40,625 nucleotides of DNA from a virus (taxonomy: Duplodnaviria > Caudoviricetes): IMG/VR virus record IMGVR_UViG_3300033508_000485, positions 1-40,625 of that record; one strand, written 5' to 3'. This document shows positions 37,265 to 40,625 of this stretch, one piece after another. Position 1 is the first letter of the stretch. The number at the start of each line of letters is the position of its first letter. Made by a program: the position numbers and the translations under genes. The notes under the pieces were generated by a model that saw only the letters and a list, made by a program, of their open reading frames with translations, ran no database searches and had not been told where the DNA came from.

Positions 37265-37506
37265 TGTCTTCTAGATCTGAAGATTAAATTGATGATTTGT
37301 GGGTAGAAGATAGGATCTAAATCTTCTAATTCAAATATCCTGTTTTTGAATGCTGGGTCAAAGAAGAGATGATCATTTTGTTCTCTCCACCAATACTCAT
37401 GATTCATATCATCATATTTGAAGAATGTACAATGAGTATCACTGTTAAAGAGTTTAATAAATCTTATTTCCTGTGTTGGATAGATTTGGATAAATATTTT
37501 ATTCAT
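37261..37506 (-). CDS. Small hypothetical protein, IxxxF-tail family
   Basis: YPQIINLIF. Confidence 0.6.
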   Translation of the reverse strand: MNKIFIQIYPTQEIRFIKLFNSDTHCTFFKYDDMNHEYWWREQNDHLFFDPAFKNRIFELEDLDPIFYPQIINLIFRSRRH

Positions 37507-37721
37507 ATTTTACTAAACATAAAAGTTATTGCCTTTCTATATTCTTCTGCATATAGCCTTTGATACCCTTCTAGTGTTGATAATGTGTTTATATCTTTAA
37601 AACTTCCGCTATATACACTTCAACTTGGTTTTAGAGTTGTAAAATAATGATATCCATCTTCCAACTGAACAATCATTCTAAATATTTTTCCATTTTCATA
37701 TTTGATCAATGTATTTACCAT
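37503..37721 (-). pseudogene. Paralog of 37715-37945 with in-frame TGA at codon 34
   Basis: MVNTLIKYENGKIFRMIVQLEDGYHYFTTLKPS*SVYSG...EEYRKAITFMFSKI; overlaps both neighbours. Confidence 0.65.
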
Positions 37722-37945
37722 TCATCCAACCTATTAAAGAATAGAAATTTTATTGCAGCAGGATATTCTGTATTATGCAACTCTTCATAGAAATCAATAT
37801 TGGTCATTTCCTCGGGTCTAGGGCTTATATCAGCTATAAATGTATTCTTATCATTAGTCCAAAAGAAGTAGTAAAAACCATCCCCACCTGGAATGAGCAT
37901 TTTAACTATTTGTAAGCCATTATATCTAACCAATATCTCATTCAT
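37715..37945 (-). CDS. Small hypothetical protein, IxxxF-tail family
   Basis: EYPAAIKFLF. Confidence 0.62.
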   Translation of the reverse strand: MNEILVRYNGLQIVKMLIPGGDGFYYFFWTNDKNTFIADISPRPEEMTNIDFYEELHNTEYPAAIKFLFFNRLDEW

Positions 37946-38160
37946 ACTAAGTCCTTATACTTATCATAAGCACTATTAAGTTTTTCGACATACACACTAT
38001 TACCAAATAGGAAGTTAATTATATAGTACATATTGTCTTTATCAATGTTAACTATTATACAATAATCGCATGCTATCTTTCCGAGCATAGACATACCAGA
38101 TGAAATGCCCAAGTCTCTAAATTCGAATGTGTGTTCTCCACTTGGATCTTTTACCTTCAT
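37942..38160 (-). CDS. Small hypothetical protein, tandem paralog of 38157-38378
   Basis: TFEFRD...SSGMSMLGKI; YYIINFLF. Confidence 0.65.
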   Translation of the reverse strand: MKVKDPSGEHTFEFRDLGISSGMSMLGKIACDYCIIVNIDKDNMYYIINFLFGNSVYVEKLNSAYDKYKDLV

Positions 38161-38378
38161 TTTATATCCTTATATTTATTATAAACACCACTAAGTATAT
38201 TTATTGAATCACTATTTTTAAAAATAAATCCAAATATAAAACGCATATTGTTTTCGTCAATCTCAATGATAGTATGATATCCACACAATATTTTTGCCAA
38301 CATTGACATGCCGGATGATGTACTCATATCTTTAAATTCAAATGTTGCCAAATCGTCATTGGCGTTTCTTATTATCAT
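38157..38378 (-). CDS. Small hypothetical protein, tandem paralog of 37942-38160
   Basis: TFEFKD...SSGMSMLAKI; RFIFGFIF. Confidence 0.65.
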   Translation of the reverse strand: MIIRNANDDLATFEFKDMSTSSGMSMLAKILCGYHTIIEIDENNMRFIFGFIFKNSDSINILSGVYNKYKDIK

Positions 38379-38794
38379 AAATACATCTCCCGTGGAAGAC
38401 GTTTAATATGACCGTCCAGAGAGACATGAGCATCAATTTCATCCTCTTCATCATCAAATATTGAAACCCACAAAGTAGTCATTGTTTGGTCAGTCCACAT
38501 TGGATCTTGAGTTAGAGTTATTGGTAAGACATTTCCCTTATCAGCATTTATCAATATCTCCTCATCATCCTGTCTTATTGTATTCCTATCAATTATAGTT
38601 TGTCTTGACCCATACAACATATTCTTCATCACACCAAAATCATTTACAACTGTTACCAACAATCCTTTATAGAAGAGCATACAGATGTCAAGACGTGAGA
38701 TGTCTATATAGGTGATGTTTCTCACCTCTCTTATATAATCACCATCTTCAAATATTCCTTGGAAGATGATAAATAGTTCATCAGTAGACATCAT
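38375..38794 (-). CDS. Hypothetical protein
   Basis: 139-aa coupled ORF. Confidence 0.6.
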   Translation of the reverse strand: MMSTDELFIIFQGIFEDGDYIREVRNITYIDISRLDICMLFYKGLLVTVVNDFGVMKNMLYGSRQTIIDRNTIRQDDEEILINADKGNVLPITLTQDPMWTDQTMTTLWVSIFDDEEDEIDAHVSLDGHIKRLPREMYL

Positions 38795-39062
38795 TTTCTC
38801 CCAATTCTAATACTTCAATATTAAACTCAAATATCATCCTAAATAGTTGTATTAAGTGTTTCTCATCATTCCCACAATATTTATATGTAAAAAAGGTTAG
38901 ACTCCTTCTCTCCCAATCAACAGCCGGATGTTTTATTGTGACTATATTTTCTCCATCATAAAAAAGTGCTTTGAAATATTTCTCCTTCTTTTCTACAACT
39001 AAATATTTTCTGTGAAGAACATCATCCATCCAGACCATTTCTTTTACTTCATTGTACTTCAT
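38781..39062 (-). CDS. Small hypothetical protein, IxxxF-tail family
   Basis: MKYNEVK; IQLFRMIF. Confidence 0.6.
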   Translation of the reverse strand: MKYNEVKEMVWMDDVLHRKYLVVEKKEKYFKALFYDGENIVTIKHPAVDWERRSLTFFTYKYCGNDEKHLIQLFRMIFEFNIEVLELGENDVY

Positions 39063-39343
39063 CTCTCTCTCCAGAAGGTATACCAGAATCCTTTACTTAA
39101 TGTTTTACTCCTACTCCATAGATATGATGAGTAATCTCTCCATATTTCTTTTTCAACATTTTGTAAACTTTCTCTATAGTAAAAATTACCTGGATCAAGA
39201 CCAAAATTTATTCTAAGCATTTTACATAAATCATCTTCTACAGAAATGATGATGGCAATATCAAATCTATCACCATCATTAAAACCGCTGTTACCCTTTA
39301 ATTCTAATATCATACCTGGATATAAATCTTCAAAAAATGTCAT
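39059..39343 (-). CDS. Small hypothetical protein
   Basis: Coupled ORF. Confidence 0.6.
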   Translation of the reverse strand: MTFFEDLYPGMILELKGNSGFNDGDRFDIAIIISVEDDLCKMLRINFGLDPGNFYYRESLQNVEKEIWRDYSSYLWSRSKTLSKGFWYTFWRER

Positions 39344-39639
39344 CCTAAAACCTCAAACAATTTAATGATAATAAATGTATGTCTATCAGAGAAAGGTAAA
39401 TCATTAGCTTGACTTTTACAATTATAATCCCACAAAAAATTATCAACAAATCTAGAACGCGAATCAAATTTAACAACCTTTTGATAGATAAAGTCCCAAC
39501 ACTCTATAGTGTCAGAATTAACATCCATATACGTTCCGTCTCTCCACCCTTCATATTTTCTTATAACCTGTAGGACATCAAGTCCCGGTACTTTGTAATA
39601 AATCTCTCCAGGTTGTCCGCTTTCTAAATATTTCTGCAT
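39340..39639 (-). CDS. Small hypothetical protein, IxxxF-tail family
   Basis: TFIIIKLF. Confidence 0.6.
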   Translation of the reverse strand: MQKYLESGQPGEIYYKVPGLDVLQVIRKYEGWRDGTYMDVNSDTIECWDFIYQKVVKFDSRSRFVDNFLWDYNCKSQANDLPFSDRHTFIIIKLFEVLG

Positions 39640-39914
39640 TACAAATCTCCAAATACTGATGCAATAAGATTATATTCAAGGGAGAGGTATCTTGTCTTCT
39701 TTAAATCATCTGGCCAGTTGTCAATTATCACCTTATCATTTTCTTTATAAATTGTCCTCCCTACACCTTGTCCTAGAGGATTATCCATAATATAAACTGT
39801 GATGACTTGAGTAGGAGTGGAGTATGCAGTTCTGTCTGTCCATATTTTGGCAAGATGAACAAGCATGTGGTGATAAACGTATATTTCTCCCTGCTTCAAA
39901 TCTTCTCTAGTCAT
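39639..39914 (-). CDS. Small hypothetical protein, IxxxF-tail family
   Basis: YNLIASVF. Confidence 0.6.
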   Translation of the reverse strand: MTREDLKQGEIYVYHHMLVHLAKIWTDRTAYSTPTQVITVYIMDNPLGQGVGRTIYKENDKVIIDNWPDDLKKTRYLSLEYNLIASVFGDL

Positions 39915-40291
39915 TTACACCTCAATACCAACATTTCTTTCTTTTCATTCCATGCTGGATTTTGTTTAATTAATTCCCACCACTCAAGCTTCCGTTCTTC
40001 TTGCAACCTGGAAAGCATTTTATACATTGTCTCTTCAAATAATTGAGCGTTCTCCAATTCATCCAGATAATGCTGTTGTTGATGATATGAATAACTTTCT
40101 TGTGGTAGAATTTCGGTAATCAAACCTCTCCATTCAAAACCAGGTTGCCAGAATGTTTCAAGGAATGCTTCTCTAATAACAGATGCAGCTTTCATGTCGG
40201 GATATATTTTCTTTTTGACAACTTCTTTACGTTGTGCTGTTGCCTGTCCATGATTCTGACCAAATTTACTATTCCTATTCTTCCTACTCAT
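39911..40291 (-). CDS. Hypothetical protein
   Basis: 126 aa, SD AGGGA. Confidence 0.65.
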   Translation of the reverse strand: MSRKNRNSKFGQNHGQATAQRKEVVKKKIYPDMKAASVIREAFLETFWQPGFEWRGLITEILPQESYSYHQQQHYLDELENAQLFEETMYKMLSRLQEERKLEWWELIKQNPAWNEKKEMLVLRCK

Positions 40292-40357
40292 ACTTCCCCT
40301 ATTATTATACTTTGTTTATGCTAGATCTATTTGATCTATATATATCAGTCCACCTTA

Positions 40358-40418
40358 TGAACACTAGCGTTCACTGGGTGAACATGCTGTTTACTCTATG
40401 AACATCCACTAGATGAAC
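40358..40418. repeat. Cluster of TGAAC repeats in intergenic region
   Basis: TGAAC at 40358, 40379, 40399, 40414; inverted GTTCA at 40369 and GTTTA at 40389. Confidence 0.5.
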
Positions 40419-40419
40419 A

Positions 40420-40625
40420 CTATTTACTATATTTCTTTTTAAACTGTTCTACTAAATCATCTAATTTAACTTCATATTCTATTGATTGATGCGATATAAT
40501 TTTTTTACCAACATCTAATTCATATTCTTCATATATTCTTTGTTGACCAATTGGTGTTTTTGTATCATATGATTTAACAATGGCTGTAATATTTTTAATA
40601 TTTTTATTTAAAACTTTTTTAACCA
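40420..40625 (-). CDS. Partial hypothetical protein (start outside window)
   Basis: Open frame ...VKKVLNKNIKNITAIVKSYD...VEQFKKKYSK* ending at TAG 40420. Confidence 0.55.
   Translation of the reverse strand, partial: VKKVLNKNIKNITAIVKSYDTKTPIGQQRIYEEYELDVGKKIISHQSIEYEVKLDDLVEQFKKKYSK

Noticed and set aside
40358-40418. Possible CRISPR mini-array
   Set aside because: Repeats are only 5-10 nt with irregular short spacing; no cas genes.
1-40625. Genome-wide stop-codon reassignment
   Set aside because: Long conserved genes are intact in the standard code, and TAG (26846) and TGA (many ATGA overlaps) serve as real stops.

Overview
AT-rich segment of a large T4-like (contractile-tail) phage genome, standard genetic code. 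It carries recombination genes (RecA/UvsX broken by an apparent split intein with a free-standing endonuclease behind it; gp46/SbcC with a mini-intein; gp47/SbcD) and virion genes (tail sheath, tail tube, gp26/gp51-like baseplate pair, gp15-like terminator, gp13-like neck protein with a large beta-helix extension, fibre-like proteins). It also has host-like metabolic genes (sufB, SufT/DUF59, mgsA, RNase HII), several homing-endonuclease-like genes, two ankyrin proteins, two small RHH regulators and long arrays of small, translationally coupled ORFs. Top observation: the RNase HII gene is split inside its catalytic DExGxG motif by a 37-nt coding gap with the architecture of the T4 gene 60 ribosomal bypass (Gly take-off codon, UAG, C(UUCG)G stem-loop, AU-rich spacer, out-of-frame landing). 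Other highlights: about 20 otherwise dissimilar small proteins share a C-terminal I-x-x-hydrophobic-F helix; an AAGATAA promoter-like motif sits 4-5 nt before SD-less ATGs and in the loops of hairpins that mask endonuclease start sites; and there is a candidate +1 frameshift fusing gp26 to gp51. All family calls come from motif recognition by eye, not database searches.
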